Source: an uncultured bacterium
GTDB taxonomy: Bacteria > Patescibacteriota > Minisyncoccia > Phycocordibacterales > CAJBMK01
Assembly (NCBI GenBank): GCA_903954165.1
Contig: CAJBMK010000088.1
Location: 1-41,873, forward strand
Length of the DNA stretch: 41,873 bases
Direction: 5' to 3'
The notes below the pieces were generated by a model. The model was not told the DNA's origin. It did not search any database and was given only the letters and a program-made list of their open reading frames with translations. This document shows, piece after piece, positions 1-8,919 of this stretch. Each line of letters starts with the position of its first letter. Positions within the stretch are counted from its first letter, which is position 1. The translations under genes and the position numbers were made by a program.

Positions 1-54
1 GTATACCATTAGTATAAATATTATGTCAGCCCCGATTGTGCAAAACGTAGACTA

Positions 55-1704
55 CTATAAAAATAGACGAACGATTCGAATCTCATCAAATGAAACCGAA
101 TCTTTCAGCATATTTTTTGCCGGCGTTAATAGATATTTTCCTTCTTGCATACCGCACTTTTTTAACGCAATCATAATATCCTTAAACCGCTTCGTCGATA
201 ATGATTTCCGAATAGGCGACATGGAGAACCCGGGAAATTTTTCCTTTATTTTTTCCAAATGATCGATGATTGTGCCCTCTTTTACTTTTCGCTCTTTTGC
301 AATCTCCGATAACGTTTTTCCCTCGGAAAGCAGCCGCTTTGTTTCCATTACGGTATCGGGCTTTTTTTGCTTTTTTTGTCCGGGAGTGGAAGGCGCAACA
401 ATTTTCAAAAATTCCGCGTGAGTACGCTCGATATTTATCCGTGAAAGACTCTGTAATTCTTCGGCGTGTTTAAAAGATATTTCTCGCATTTCCCTATCAT
501 ATTGAAGCACACGGTCGTCTACTTCAAGGGCCGTTTCGTTCAATCCTTTAAGCGAAAGCCCTCCCAACGAGCGAACACGAGATAGAGCGACATAGCCCAT
601 ACCCTTTTCAAACGACTTGGACAAATCAATTTCGGCCGCATCCAAACTCATCCCCTGGCTTTTATGTACCGTAATAGCCCAGGCCAACCGAATCGGGTAT
701 TGCATTATTTCGGCTTTCACTTTTCCCTCTTCCTCAATACGCCAATTAACCGGCTCAATATCAAAATATTTTCCGGCTGCCGTTCGCACGCGAACAAGCC
801 CCTGCGAACAACAATCAATAACCCCAAGCGTGCCGTTTGCATAGCCGTCTTCAAAATTATTTTTGACAAACATAACCCGTGCGCCGACTTTCAAACGAAG
901 AACCTCCGGAGCAAGACATCCCTTTTTTAAAGATTCCACCAAATGCTCGCCTCCGCGAAAGGCCATCCGATATTCCGTACTGTCTCCGGGTAATTTACTT
1001 AATTCCTTTTCATTCTCAATATCAACATTGTAATTGTGCGTATAGAGCTTCGTCGGCTCGGCGCGAACGGTCGGCTTTTTATCAAAACGACTTTTGAGCA
1101 GGGTACGAATTTCTTCCGTAACTTCATTGTCGCGAATTGCATTCAACACTCCAATAAAATCTTTATCGTCCTGTCGATGCTGTTCTTCCAGATAACAAAT
1201 TTTCAAACCGAGTTTTTTCCATGCCTCCGAATGATACGCAAACTGTGCCTCTTCTTCATCACCGCGAGATATTGGGGGCAATTGGAAAAAATCGCCGCAC
1301 AGCACTACTTGCATACCTCCAAACGTATCGTTATTTCTTTTTATTGAACGTACAATTGCTTCCACCAAATCTAGACGAAAATGATGAAGCATTGAAATCT
1401 CATCAATTATCAAAACTTTCGCGTGCTGAATACGTTTAAACAAATATTGACGCGACTCCAAATCTTCCAAATCGTAGTCGGAAAGCGCCGACCGAATTCC
1501 AAGACCGGACCACGAATGAATCGTAATACCGCCCATATGAGTCGCCGCAATACCCGTTGATGCCGTAATCCCGACTACGACATCCTTTTCGCGCAAATAT
1601 GAAATATATTGGTTTAGAAGAAATGTCTTCCCACTTCCCGCAGCTCCCGTAATAAAAGCATTATGCCCCATCTTCAAAATATCGAGTGCTTCCTTTTGTG
1701 TCAT
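55..1704 (-). CDS. Pif1/RecD-family (SF1B) DNA helicase with C-terminal helix-turn-helix domain
   Basis: 549-aa ORF. Walker A GAAGSGKTF near the N-terminus, LIIDEISM Walker B-like motif, and GDFFQLPPI and TVHKSQGMS motifs typical of Pif1/RecD helicases. The C-terminal ~90 aa (GKTLSEIAKERKVKEGTIIDHLEK) look like an HTH. Confidence 0.8.
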   Translation of the reverse strand: MTQKEALDILKMGHNAFITGAAGSGKTFLLNQYISYLREKDVVVGITASTGIAATHMGGITIHSWSGLGIRSALSDYDLEDLESRQYLFKRIQHAKVLIIDEISMLHHFRLDLVEAIVRSIKRNNDTFGGMQVVLCGDFFQLPPISRGDEEEAQFAYHSEAWKKLGLKICYLEEQHRQDDKDFIGVLNAIRDNEVTEEIRTLLKSRFDKKPTVRAEPTKLYTHNYNVDIENEKELSKLPGDSTEYRMAFRGGEHLVESLKKGCLAPEVLRLKVGARVMFVKNNFEDGYANGTLGVIDCCSQGLVRVRTAAGKYFDIEPVNWRIEEEGKVKAEIMQYPIRLAWAITVHKSQGMSLDAAEIDLSKSFEKGMGYVALSRVRSLGGLSLKGLNETALEVDDRVLQYDREMREISFKHAEELQSLSRINIERTHAEFLKIVAPSTPGQKKQKKPDTVMETKRLLSEGKTLSEIAKERKVKEGTIIDHLEKIKEKFPGFSMSPIRKSLSTKRFKDIMIALKKCGMQEGKYLLTPAKNMLKDSVSFDEIRIVRLFL

Positions 1705-1904
1705 TCCCCTATACTATCAAAGACGAGAACGAAACGCACTTTTTGTAATGAAAGTATTCCACTCATTATTTCCCTTCTCGTCATTACGATAATTCACATA
1801 CGTTCACTATTTTCGAAGCGCTCTCGCCTACTTCGTCATTGCGAGGACACCTCGTCCGTGGCAATCCAGGATTCGGAATAGTCGAAAATCGAAACGCCCC
1901 CTCC

Positions 1905-1938
1905 GTCATTGCGGGTAATTAGTACCCAAACGGTTGGT
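1905..1938. repeat. Left terminal inverted repeat of the IS
   Basis: gtcattgcgggtaattagtacccaaacggttggt. Its reverse complement matches 2977-3010 at 33 of 34 positions. Confidence 0.8.
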
Positions 1939-2185
1939 AAAACACCACTTCCGTCTTCAAGATGAAAGGTTTTATCGTGTTGCTGTTAAACTGGTTTAAC
2001 ATTATGATCAAAAAAAATGCATACGCTGTAAATTAAATAATACTTTTTGTAACGGAACTACGAGATCCGGAAGACAAAAATTCTTTTGTAAGAAATGTAA
2101 TCTTTCCTTTGTCTATCGTAATGAGATAAACAAAAACCACCGTAAACAGAAATGGTTCCGGGACTGGATAGCTGAAGGATACTCG

Positions 2186-2974
2186 GTGCGCCAATTACAC
2201 ATCATCAGTAAACATAGTGTGCGTAGCATTAAGGGAATCATCAGTCATTGGTTAAAGAAGACACCACCGCACATACCATTCGACTTCTCTCACTGTACCT
2301 ATTTAGTATCCGATGGCACCTATCTAAAACATGAACATTGTATCTACGCCGTTACTGATTATCACACCGGACTAACCATCAATCATACGTTTGGAAGACG
2401 AGAAAACTACGCAATGGCTTACGGTGTTTTTACGGAGCTAAAATCACAAGGATGTAACCCTAAAGCTATCACCATTGATGGAAATACCTCGGTAATTAGG
2501 GCGATAAGGGCTGTGTGGCCCCACACCCTCATACAAAGGTGTCTGTATCATATTCTAAGACAAGGTACTTCTTGGTTACGACGATTCCCTCAAGACGAAG
2601 CGGCTAAAGAATTGAGATTAATCGTTCTTACCGTGGTTGCAATCAAAGATAGAAAGACTCAACAGATCTTTCTAAAAAGATTCTTTGATTGGGAAAAAAG
2701 GTTTGGAGAGTATGTAAAAGCTTTCGATAGCCGCCACAAAGTCTGGAGTGACGTACAGAAAACACGGATACTTATCATGCACGCCTTGCCCGATATGTTT
2801 CATTTCTTACGCGATCCAAACATTCCCCCAACAAGTAATTCACAGGAAGGATTATTTTCTTCCGCTAAGATTCTATTTAGAAATCATCGGGGTGTCGGTA
2901 AACAGAATCGTAATAATTATTTCAGTTGGTATTTTTATTTTAAAAACAAAAAAATCCTCAATAAAAAAAGGTAA
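2186..2974 (+). CDS. DDE transposase (IS256/Mutator-like signature); the N-terminal zinc-ribbon part lies upstream in the same frame without a start codon
   Basis: 262-aa ORF with LVSDGTY, ITIDGN and QRCLYHILRQG (C-x2-H) motifs resembling Mutator/IS256-type transposases. The same frame is open back to 2000 and encodes CIRC-x17-CKKC (a zinc ribbon). The only ATG (2004) is in the 0 frame and is separated from that frame by an A8 run at 2010-2017. Confidence 0.65.
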   Translation: MRQLHIISKHSVRSIKGIISHWLKKTPPHIPFDFSHCTYLVSDGTYLKHEHCIYAVTDYHTGLTINHTFGRRENYAMAYGVFTELKSQGCNPKAITIDGNTSVIRAIRAVWPHTLIQRCLYHILRQGTSWLRRFPQDEAAKELRLIVLTVVAIKDRKTQQIFLKRFFDWEKRFGEYVKAFDSRHKVWSDVQKTRILIMHALPDMFHFLRDPNIPPTSNSQEGLFSSAKILFRNHRGVGKQNRNNYFSWYFYFKNKKILNKKR

Positions 2975-2976
2975 AA

Positions 2977-3010
2977 ACCAACCGTTTGGGTACTAATTAC
3001 CCGTAATGAC
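2977..3010. repeat. Right terminal inverted repeat of the IS
   Basis: accaaccgtttgggtactaattacccgtaatgac. It starts 3 nt after the transposase stop codon. Confidence 0.8.
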
Positions 3011-3121
3011 CGTGGGGGGGGTGGGAATTACAATAAAGCGGATTGGTCTACCGTCGGCTCAGTGCGGGAGAGTAATTTACTCGCGAGAATAAATAATTTA
3101 ATGCGAAAGTAAAATTCGAGT

Positions 3122-4030
3122 CTAGTTTTTTTGACCGCGGAGAAAATCTTCGTATTTCATTTCTTTTTTACCTTCAGGAAGAACGGTCTCAATTTTTAAA
3201 ATATTGTCCGAATAAGAATATTTTTTTATTATAATACGAATCATTTTTCCGTTTCGTGGCGTTTCAAAATAGACTCCCGGCCATACTGCAAAGGCTAATA
3301 GTTTTCTGTAGATTAATTCCGGCGAATCGTTTGATATATCGACTTTCCCGTCTTCCTTTTCGATTTTTTTGCAAAATGTAGCTTCCGATTCGTTTTGGGT
3401 GGTTTTTGTTATTGTGTCGGTCGGTAATTGCGGAATAATTTCGGCAAGCATATCTGCGCCGGTATGCGCAAGCACTGTTTCGGCTTCCTCGTAACGTACC
3501 GGCCATTGCGAAAAATCTGCAATTTTTTGGGCGAGTATCGGGCCGTGATCCATGAGCTCGTCGAGAAGAATGATAGTGACACCTGTTTTTGTGTCACCGG
3601 AAAGTATGGCGGATTGTATCGGTGAGGCGCCGCGGTATTTCGGTAAAAGTGACGGATGAACATTAAGCGTCCCGTATTTTGGCACGTCCAAGATAGTTTT
3701 CGGTATAATTTTTCCGTATGAAGCTACCACAAAAAAAGCACAGTTTTCCTTTTCTATTGCGCTTACCGTCTCCGGATTTTTGAGGGTGGAATACTGCAGG
3801 GTTCTTATTTTTCGTGCATCCGCCCAGATCTTTACTTCAGGCGCGGTCAATATCAAATTTCTTCCTTTTGGTTTGTCGGGCTGAGTGATGACGACTGTTG
3901 GTACAAAACCTTTTCGTTCAAGCGCGTCTAATACGAGCACCGAAAAATGAGACGTACCAAAAAACGCGAATGAATGTGCATCTCTTTTATTGTTGTTAAG
4001 ATTCATGTTGTGTGTCGTCATCGTTATCAC
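3122..4030 (-). CDS. fmt: Methionyl-tRNA formyltransferase
   Basis: 302 aa. Contains FFGTSHFSV, VVITQPDKPKGR, NVHPSLLPKYRGASPIQSAIL and TGVTIILLDELMDHGPILAQ motifs. Lies downstream of def in the classic def-fmt arrangement. Confidence 0.9.
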   Translation of the reverse strand: MITMTTHNMNLNNNKRDAHSFAFFGTSHFSVLVLDALERKGFVPTVVITQPDKPKGRNLILTAPEVKIWADARKIRTLQYSTLKNPETVSAIEKENCAFFVVASYGKIIPKTILDVPKYGTLNVHPSLLPKYRGASPIQSAILSGDTKTGVTIILLDELMDHGPILAQKIADFSQWPVRYEEAETVLAHTGADMLAEIIPQLPTDTITKTTQNESEATFCKKIEKEDGKVDISNDSPELIYRKLLAFAVWPGVYFETPRNGKMIRIIIKKYSYSDNILKIETVLPEGKKEMKYEDFLRGQKN

Positions 4031-4559
4031 TTGTGTGTTCGGGGGGCATTTCTTTTATTTCAAACGCATTGTCAATGAACAGTTTTCCTTCCAGATGATC
4101 CATTTCGTGTTGAAAAATTTGCGCCATCAATCCACTTGCGCCTTTTGAAAATTTTTTGCCGTTAGCGTCGTACGCTTCAACGGTTGCTTTTGTTGAACGT
4201 TCTGTTTTGCCATAGGCGTATCGTACCGAAAGACAACCTTCCTCCATTATTTTTTTGTCCTTTGAAAGCTTAACCATTCGCGGGTTTACGAAAACAATGT
4301 CCGGATAGTAGCGATGGTCTTTGTCGTCTTTTGGTTCGCCGTTCCGTTTCAAATTAAATACCTTGCCTGAAATAATAAAAATCCGCAACGGTACGGCAAT
4401 TTGAGGCGCGGCGAGTGCTACACCGTCGATTTGAGAATCCAGGGCAATTTTCATATCAGCAATGATATGTTTGATTATAGGTTTTGTTATGTCTTCCGGC
4501 GGCACTTCTGAGGCTAATTTTCGGAGCACCGGATCGTGTCTTTGGACTATGTCTGCCAT
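3996..4559 (-). CDS. def: Peptide deformylase
   Basis: EGCLS and QHEMDHLEG metal-binding motifs. I place the start at the ATG at 4559 (MADIVQRHDPVLR). The longer ORF reaching 4664 would overlap the priA 3' end and adds non-homologous residues. Confidence 0.9.
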   Translation of the reverse strand: MADIVQRHDPVLRKLASEVPPEDITKPIIKHIIADMKIALDSQIDGVALAAPQIAVPLRIFIISGKVFNLKRNGEPKDDKDHRYYPDIVFVNPRMVKLSKDKKIMEEGCLSVRYAYGKTERSTKATVEAYDANGKKFSKGASGLMAQIFQHEMDHLEGKLFIDNAFEIKEMPPEHTSDNDDDTQHES

Positions 4560-4638
4560 ATATGGTCTATTATATACATTTTTAGAGATTTGGAAATACC
4601 CGCTGTGAATACGTATTCCTGTCATTCTTTCGCGCCGA

Positions 4639-6525
4639 TTACCAGATTCGCTCGGGATTAACATCTACGGTAATTCCGGGCGAAAAATTGCGGAATAATT
4701 CGACAAGCTGACTGTTCGGCCACGAGTCTACCTTCACTATGAGTGATGCAACATAACCTGATTTTGTCCGCACGATATAGGGAAGCGAAGAAGGTTTAAA
4801 TAATAAAAGCGATTTTTCGATAGCGTCACGGTCGCGCGGAGCTGATATTTTTGTTCCAAAAGCCGATATTTTTATAATCGTTTTAAACGGGGGATAGCCG
4901 TACAATTTCCTCACTGCGTATTCATTTTTATAAAATTCGGTTATTTTTCCGCTACATATATCTTCTAAAGAAGAAAAAGAATCCTTCTGCCGTGTTTGAA
5001 TGATAAAAGAATTATCGGCCAAATTTCGAAGTCGAAGTATTATTCGGCCGGCTTTTTCAAGTGCTTTGTAATCGGCAATGCTAAACAATGTGTCGATTGA
5101 CGCAATTACGCAAAGTCCGATAGGTCGCGTCATATATGAGAGCGCGCTCTCCGAACCGACCAGTATACTTCCTTTTGTTTCGTAAAAAGCCTGGAGTATC
5201 GAATTGATATTTCTTTTATTCTTTGTGGCGTCGGGAGAAAGCGTACTTACTTTTTTATCGGGGAATAGTTCATGCAATTCTTTTGCGGTATTTTCAATAC
5301 CGATGCCGTATACGGAAAGATTCCAGCTGTCGCAATGAATGCATCGTTCAGCCGCGCTCCGTTTGTGTCCGCACCGGTGGCACAAAAAATAGTTTTCCGA
5401 TTCCGAATTTCCGCCGTGCAGAACAACCGGCGAATTACACCGTTTACATATAACGGAAGTACCGCAGTCTCGACAGACGACAGACGTACCAAGTCCGTGT
5501 CGTAAGGCAAAAACAAAAATATTTTCATCACGGCTGATTTCATGGCGCATTGCTTCAATGGTGGGATTTGAGAAAATTGAAAATACTATTTTCTTTGATT
5601 TAGAATCTGATTTTTCGGCGTGAATTATGCGAATTGAATTCTTTACGATATCGTTATTTTTTATATCTGAATCATTTTCATACACTGTTTCGGTTCGGGG
5701 AAGCGTATCCGCATATATGAGTGACGCTTGCATGTGGCGAGTAAGAATTTTTGCAAAAATTCGAAAATCGACGTATGGCCGAGATTGACTTTTATACGCA
5801 CCACTACCTTCACGTTCGATTATTATCGCACCAATGTCGGTTCGGGGCAGAGAAAGATATTGTCCGGTACCTATGATGATGGTTGGTTTTTTTTCGTTCA
5901 CGGCCTTATGCCAGTCGGCGTAGAGTGCTTTTTTTGTACGTTTTCCGTGAAAAAAATAATGCGACGCACCTATGCGTTTCTCGTCTACATGCGCGCTAAA
6001 TTGTTTGTGAAATTGTTCAACGGTCTCATTTTCCGGCGCCAGAATATAAATTGATTTAGCGTTTGATAGGTGCTCCTCGCAGATAGCGTAAATTTTCCCA
6101 AAGCGCTCGCCGTCACCGCCGTTTATAACAATCGGCTCAGGCGGTGTAATGTTATTTTCTTTGCTCGGTGATGCGGGTATTGATTGGTTTTCGTTTTCAT
6201 AGGCAATGTGCGGAATAAGCGAGGTAAGTACAGCTCCAATTGAACTGGCACAATATTCCGACAGTTCGGATGATGCCGACATAAAAGTATCGGTTACGAG
6301 TTTCGACGTGTGAATTCCCGCAACACCTTTGAGTGAAAAGTCCCCACGTCTAATTTCCGACTTTGCCTGGCGGGCGTCCTGACACTCAAGTACAAGTGCT
6401 TTTCGAATACTTCCGCGAATAGGTATTGAAACAGCTGCACCGGGCTGAATTGAAATTTTTGAAAAATAACTGAGCGTATCTTTATTAAATCCCCGCACGA
6501 TTGGGATTGCGCGGATTATGTACAT
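4639..6525 (-). CDS. priA: Primosomal protein N' (PriA)-like, with degenerate helicase motifs
   Basis: 628 aa. PriA-type Cys-rich zinc region (CRDCGTSVICKRCNSPVVLHG...FLCHRCGHKRSAAERCIHCDS), overall PriA layout, and position upstream of def-fmt. The Walker A and DExH positions read GGDGERFGKI and IIIEREGSGAYKS. Confidence 0.75.
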   Translation of the reverse strand: MYIIRAIPIVRGFNKDTLSYFSKISIQPGAAVSIPIRGSIRKALVLECQDARQAKSEIRRGDFSLKGVAGIHTSKLVTDTFMSASSELSEYCASSIGAVLTSLIPHIAYENENQSIPASPSKENNITPPEPIVINGGDGERFGKIYAICEEHLSNAKSIYILAPENETVEQFHKQFSAHVDEKRIGASHYFFHGKRTKKALYADWHKAVNEKKPTIIIGTGQYLSLPRTDIGAIIIEREGSGAYKSQSRPYVDFRIFAKILTRHMQASLIYADTLPRTETVYENDSDIKNNDIVKNSIRIIHAEKSDSKSKKIVFSIFSNPTIEAMRHEISRDENIFVFALRHGLGTSVVCRDCGTSVICKRCNSPVVLHGGNSESENYFLCHRCGHKRSAAERCIHCDSWNLSVYGIGIENTAKELHELFPDKKVSTLSPDATKNKRNINSILQAFYETKGSILVGSESALSYMTRPIGLCVIASIDTLFSIADYKALEKAGRIILRLRNLADNSFIIQTRQKDSFSSLEDICSGKITEFYKNEYAVRKLYGYPPFKTIIKISAFGTKISAPRDRDAIEKSLLLFKPSSLPYIVRTKSGYVASLIVKVDSWPNSQLVELFRNFSPGITVDVNPERIW

Positions 6526-6529
6526 TGGT

Positions 6530-7300
6530 TTATTGATTTATGCGAAGAATTCGTTCGCTGTCGTGAATGTAAATTATTCCGTTGTCGATTCGAGCCCGCG
6601 GATTAATGCCTTTCCAAATCGGCTGAAAATTTTGAGTGTTTCGCTGGTCAGTGTCCAAGGCGTAGACTCCCGTATCGACGGAAAATATAATGCTGGAACC
6701 GCTATCGTCAAGGAAAGCAATGCTCGTGATTGGTTGCTGTCCGGTAAATATTGATGTCTCACTGCGTATCGTGTAAGAGCGAGATTGGTTTTCTTTGACG
6801 CTCATAATAGTGCCGTTGTCCGCAAATATAATAGTTGCTCCGTCGTCGGACACAAGCGGGGCGTCGCGTGTCGGCAAAGACGAAGAGGCAAGCCGGCGAA
6901 ATTCACTTTTCCATTCACTGCTCGAAGATGCAATTTCTGTTTCGTTGGCTATTATCGGAAAGTTAAACGGATATACATCAATACTCGTGTTTCCGGCGTT
7001 CGGTAAAAATGAAACGGTTTTCTGCCACGGGTAATGATTTTTTTGCATGACGGCAATGAGTCGGTCGCGTGACGCGCGGGCATACAAAGTAAAAAGTGTT
7101 TCGTGTGGTGATATTGTATGAATCGTATTATTTTCGTCGATAATAGTCGCTCCAACCGCCGACGTGTGGATTCGTATAGAATACGGAAAAAAAATGTCGT
7201 GAATTTTCGAGTAGCTTCCGCCGGTATATTTGACGACAATAAACGGAATTGCAATAGCGCAACATAGTATGAAAATAGTTACAATTTTTCGAATATTCAT
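6530..7300 (-). CDS. Hypothetical membrane-anchored protein
   Basis: The ATG at 7300 gives MNIRKIVTIFILCCAIAIPFIVV, an N-terminal TM or signal anchor. The stop lies 4 nt before the priA start, so the gene reads as the first gene of the hyp-priA-def-fmt operon. I recognise no family. Confidence 0.6.
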   Translation of the reverse strand: MNIRKIVTIFILCCAIAIPFIVVKYTGGSYSKIHDIFFPYSIRIHTSAVGATIIDENNTIHTISPHETLFTLYARASRDRLIAVMQKNHYPWQKTVSFLPNAGNTSIDVYPFNFPIIANETEIASSSSEWKSEFRRLASSSLPTRDAPLVSDDGATIIFADNGTIMSVKENQSRSYTIRSETSIFTGQQPITSIAFLDDSGSSIIFSVDTGVYALDTDQRNTQNFQPIWKGINPRARIDNGIIYIHDSERILRINQ

Positions 7301-7397
7301 GATGATTATATATGCTCGTATTTTCGCAAATTTTAGTCGGTAATACAATTGACATAAAGACGGATTACCTTTCAATTTGAGAATTAAACGGGGCGTG

Positions 7398-7425
7398 TTG
7401 AAATATTTTGCCAAAAGTATACAAT
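7398..7425 (+). promoter_or_regulatory. Sigma-70-like promoter for murA
   Basis: TTGAAA (7398-7403), 16-nt spacer, TACAAT (7420-7425). The murA ATG is at 7452. Confidence 0.5.
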
Positions 7426-7451
7426 ACGGAAACATTAATTTTTAACACATT

Positions 7452-8747
7452 ATGAAAGATTTTTTCCTTATTAAAGGTTTGGACGGCAAAAAAGCCTTAA
7501 ACGGTACCGTATCGGTCAATGGAGCAAAAAATGCCGTATTGCCCGCAATGGCCGGCGCGTTACTTTTTAAGGATTCAATAATGCTCGAAAATGTACCGCA
7601 CATTGACGACGTTATTCATTTGGGTGAAATATTGTCAGATATGGGAGTTCTTGTGGATATAACCGGGCGCCATACGTTGATGATAGATCCTTCCAAGATA
7701 ACGAAAACTGATTTGGATTATACGTTGGCAAAACGGATGCGCGCTTCAATTATATTGACCGGTCCAATTCTTGCCCGATTTGGTCAGGTTTCGTTTCCGC
7801 ATCCCGGCGGTTGTGTAATCGGCGCCCGTCCTATCGATTTGTTTATTGACGCATTCCAAAAAATGGGAGCCACGGTTGAGGAAAAAGAAAATTTGTACGT
7901 CATAAAGTCCAAAGGGAAAAAACTGCACGGAGCGGAAATTTTCTTTAAAATGCAAAGTGTTACCGGTACGGAAACTATTATGATGGCCGCAGTTTTGGCG
8001 GAAGGGAAAACGGTTATCAAGAATGCGGCGCTGGAACCGGAGATTGTTTCGTTGGCCGAGTTTTTGGTTTCGTGCGGTGCAAAAATAAAAGGAGCGGGAA
8101 CGTCAACTATTGAAATAACCGGCGGAGGTCTGCTGTCGGCAAAAAAGAAAATATACAAAACAATACCCGATAGAATTGAGACCGGCAGTTTTCTTATATT
8201 GGGTGCGCTTGCCGCCGATAATTTGGAAATTACCAACTGCAATCCCGCCGATATTGAAATTGTAATTCGATTATTAAAAGATGCCGGCGTGCCGATTGAA
8301 ACCGGAAAAGATTTTATTCGAATCGTTAATAACGCCAAAGTCAAGAAACCGTTTTCATCATTTAATATAAAAACGCACGAATTTCCCGGTTTCCCGACGG
8401 ACTTACAAGCCCCGATGGCGGTATTTTTGACTCAGGCTGAAGGAGAGGGCGTCATATTTGAAACGATTTTTGAAGGCCGTTTAAACTACACACAGGATTT
8501 GGTAAAAATGGGCGCCGCCATTACCCAATGGGATACTCATCGCGCAATGGTCAAGGGACAGACTCCGCTTCGCGGAAAAGAATTGGACGGGCCGGATCTT
8601 CGCGCAGGACTTGCCTATATTTTGGCGGGAATTGTCGCCGAGGGTGATTCGGTCATAAATAATATTCATTTTGTCGACCGCGGATACGAACAAATCGAGG
8701 TTCGTCTGAAGGCAATCGGCGTAGATATTGAGCGCGTTTCAAATTAG
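7452..8747 (+). CDS. murA: UDP-N-acetylglucosamine 1-carboxyvinyltransferase
   Basis: 431 aa. Contains VSVNGAKNAVLP, the HPGGCVIGARPIDL catalytic-Cys loop and FPGFPTDLQAP, with end-to-end MurA layout. Confidence 0.95.
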   Translation: MKDFFLIKGLDGKKALNGTVSVNGAKNAVLPAMAGALLFKDSIMLENVPHIDDVIHLGEILSDMGVLVDITGRHTLMIDPSKITKTDLDYTLAKRMRASIILTGPILARFGQVSFPHPGGCVIGARPIDLFIDAFQKMGATVEEKENLYVIKSKGKKLHGAEIFFKMQSVTGTETIMMAAVLAEGKTVIKNAALEPEIVSLAEFLVSCGAKIKGAGTSTIEITGGGLLSAKKKIYKTIPDRIETGSFLILGALAADNLEITNCNPADIEIVIRLLKDAGVPIETGKDFIRIVNNAKVKKPFSSFNIKTHEFPGFPTDLQAPMAVFLTQAEGEGVIFETIFEGRLNYTQDLVKMGAAITQWDTHRAMVKGQTPLRGKELDGPDLRAGLAYILAGIVAEGDSVINNIHFVDRGYEQIEVRLKAIGVDIERVSN

Positions 8748-8919
8748 TACGAACGCTTATTCATGGCGCGTAAAAAAATGTCTCGCGTCGGCGGAGTCAT
8801 TTTTTCGTGTCTTGTAATTCCGGCATATCGTATGAATTTAGGAGAATAATACTTGTCTTACAATACGTTACATTGTCTGTCTCGTTTACTTTTTTGCTTC
8901 TTGGACTTACACTTGGATT

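Larger units (their letters stand above)
1905..3010 (+). mobile_element. Insertion sequence (single DDE transposase gene flanked by inverted repeats)
   Basis: A 34-bp inverted repeat with one mismatch (1905-1938 vs the reverse complement of 2977-3010) brackets the transposase ORF. The inner 17 bp (gtacccaaacggttggt, 1922-1938 / 2977-2993) are perfect and are flanked by TAATTA on both sides (1916-1921, 2994-2999). The true ends may therefore be 1922 and 2993, with a 6-bp palindromic target duplication. Confidence 0.65.

Noticed and set aside
23-262. 79-aa plus-strand ORF at the window start
   Set aside because: It lies antisense within the C-terminal HTH-encoding part of the Pif1-like helicase gene and shows no supporting signals.
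2748-2996. 82-aa plus-strand ORF overlapping the transposase 3' end and right IR
   Set aside because: It is an alternative frame inside the transposase gene and runs into the terminal repeat, so it is most likely spurious.
3996-4664. Long 222-aa version of the def ORF starting at 4664
   Set aside because: The extra 35 N-terminal residues overlap the priA 3' end and do not resemble deformylase. The ATG at 4559 gives a typical N-terminus (MADIVQRHDPVLR).
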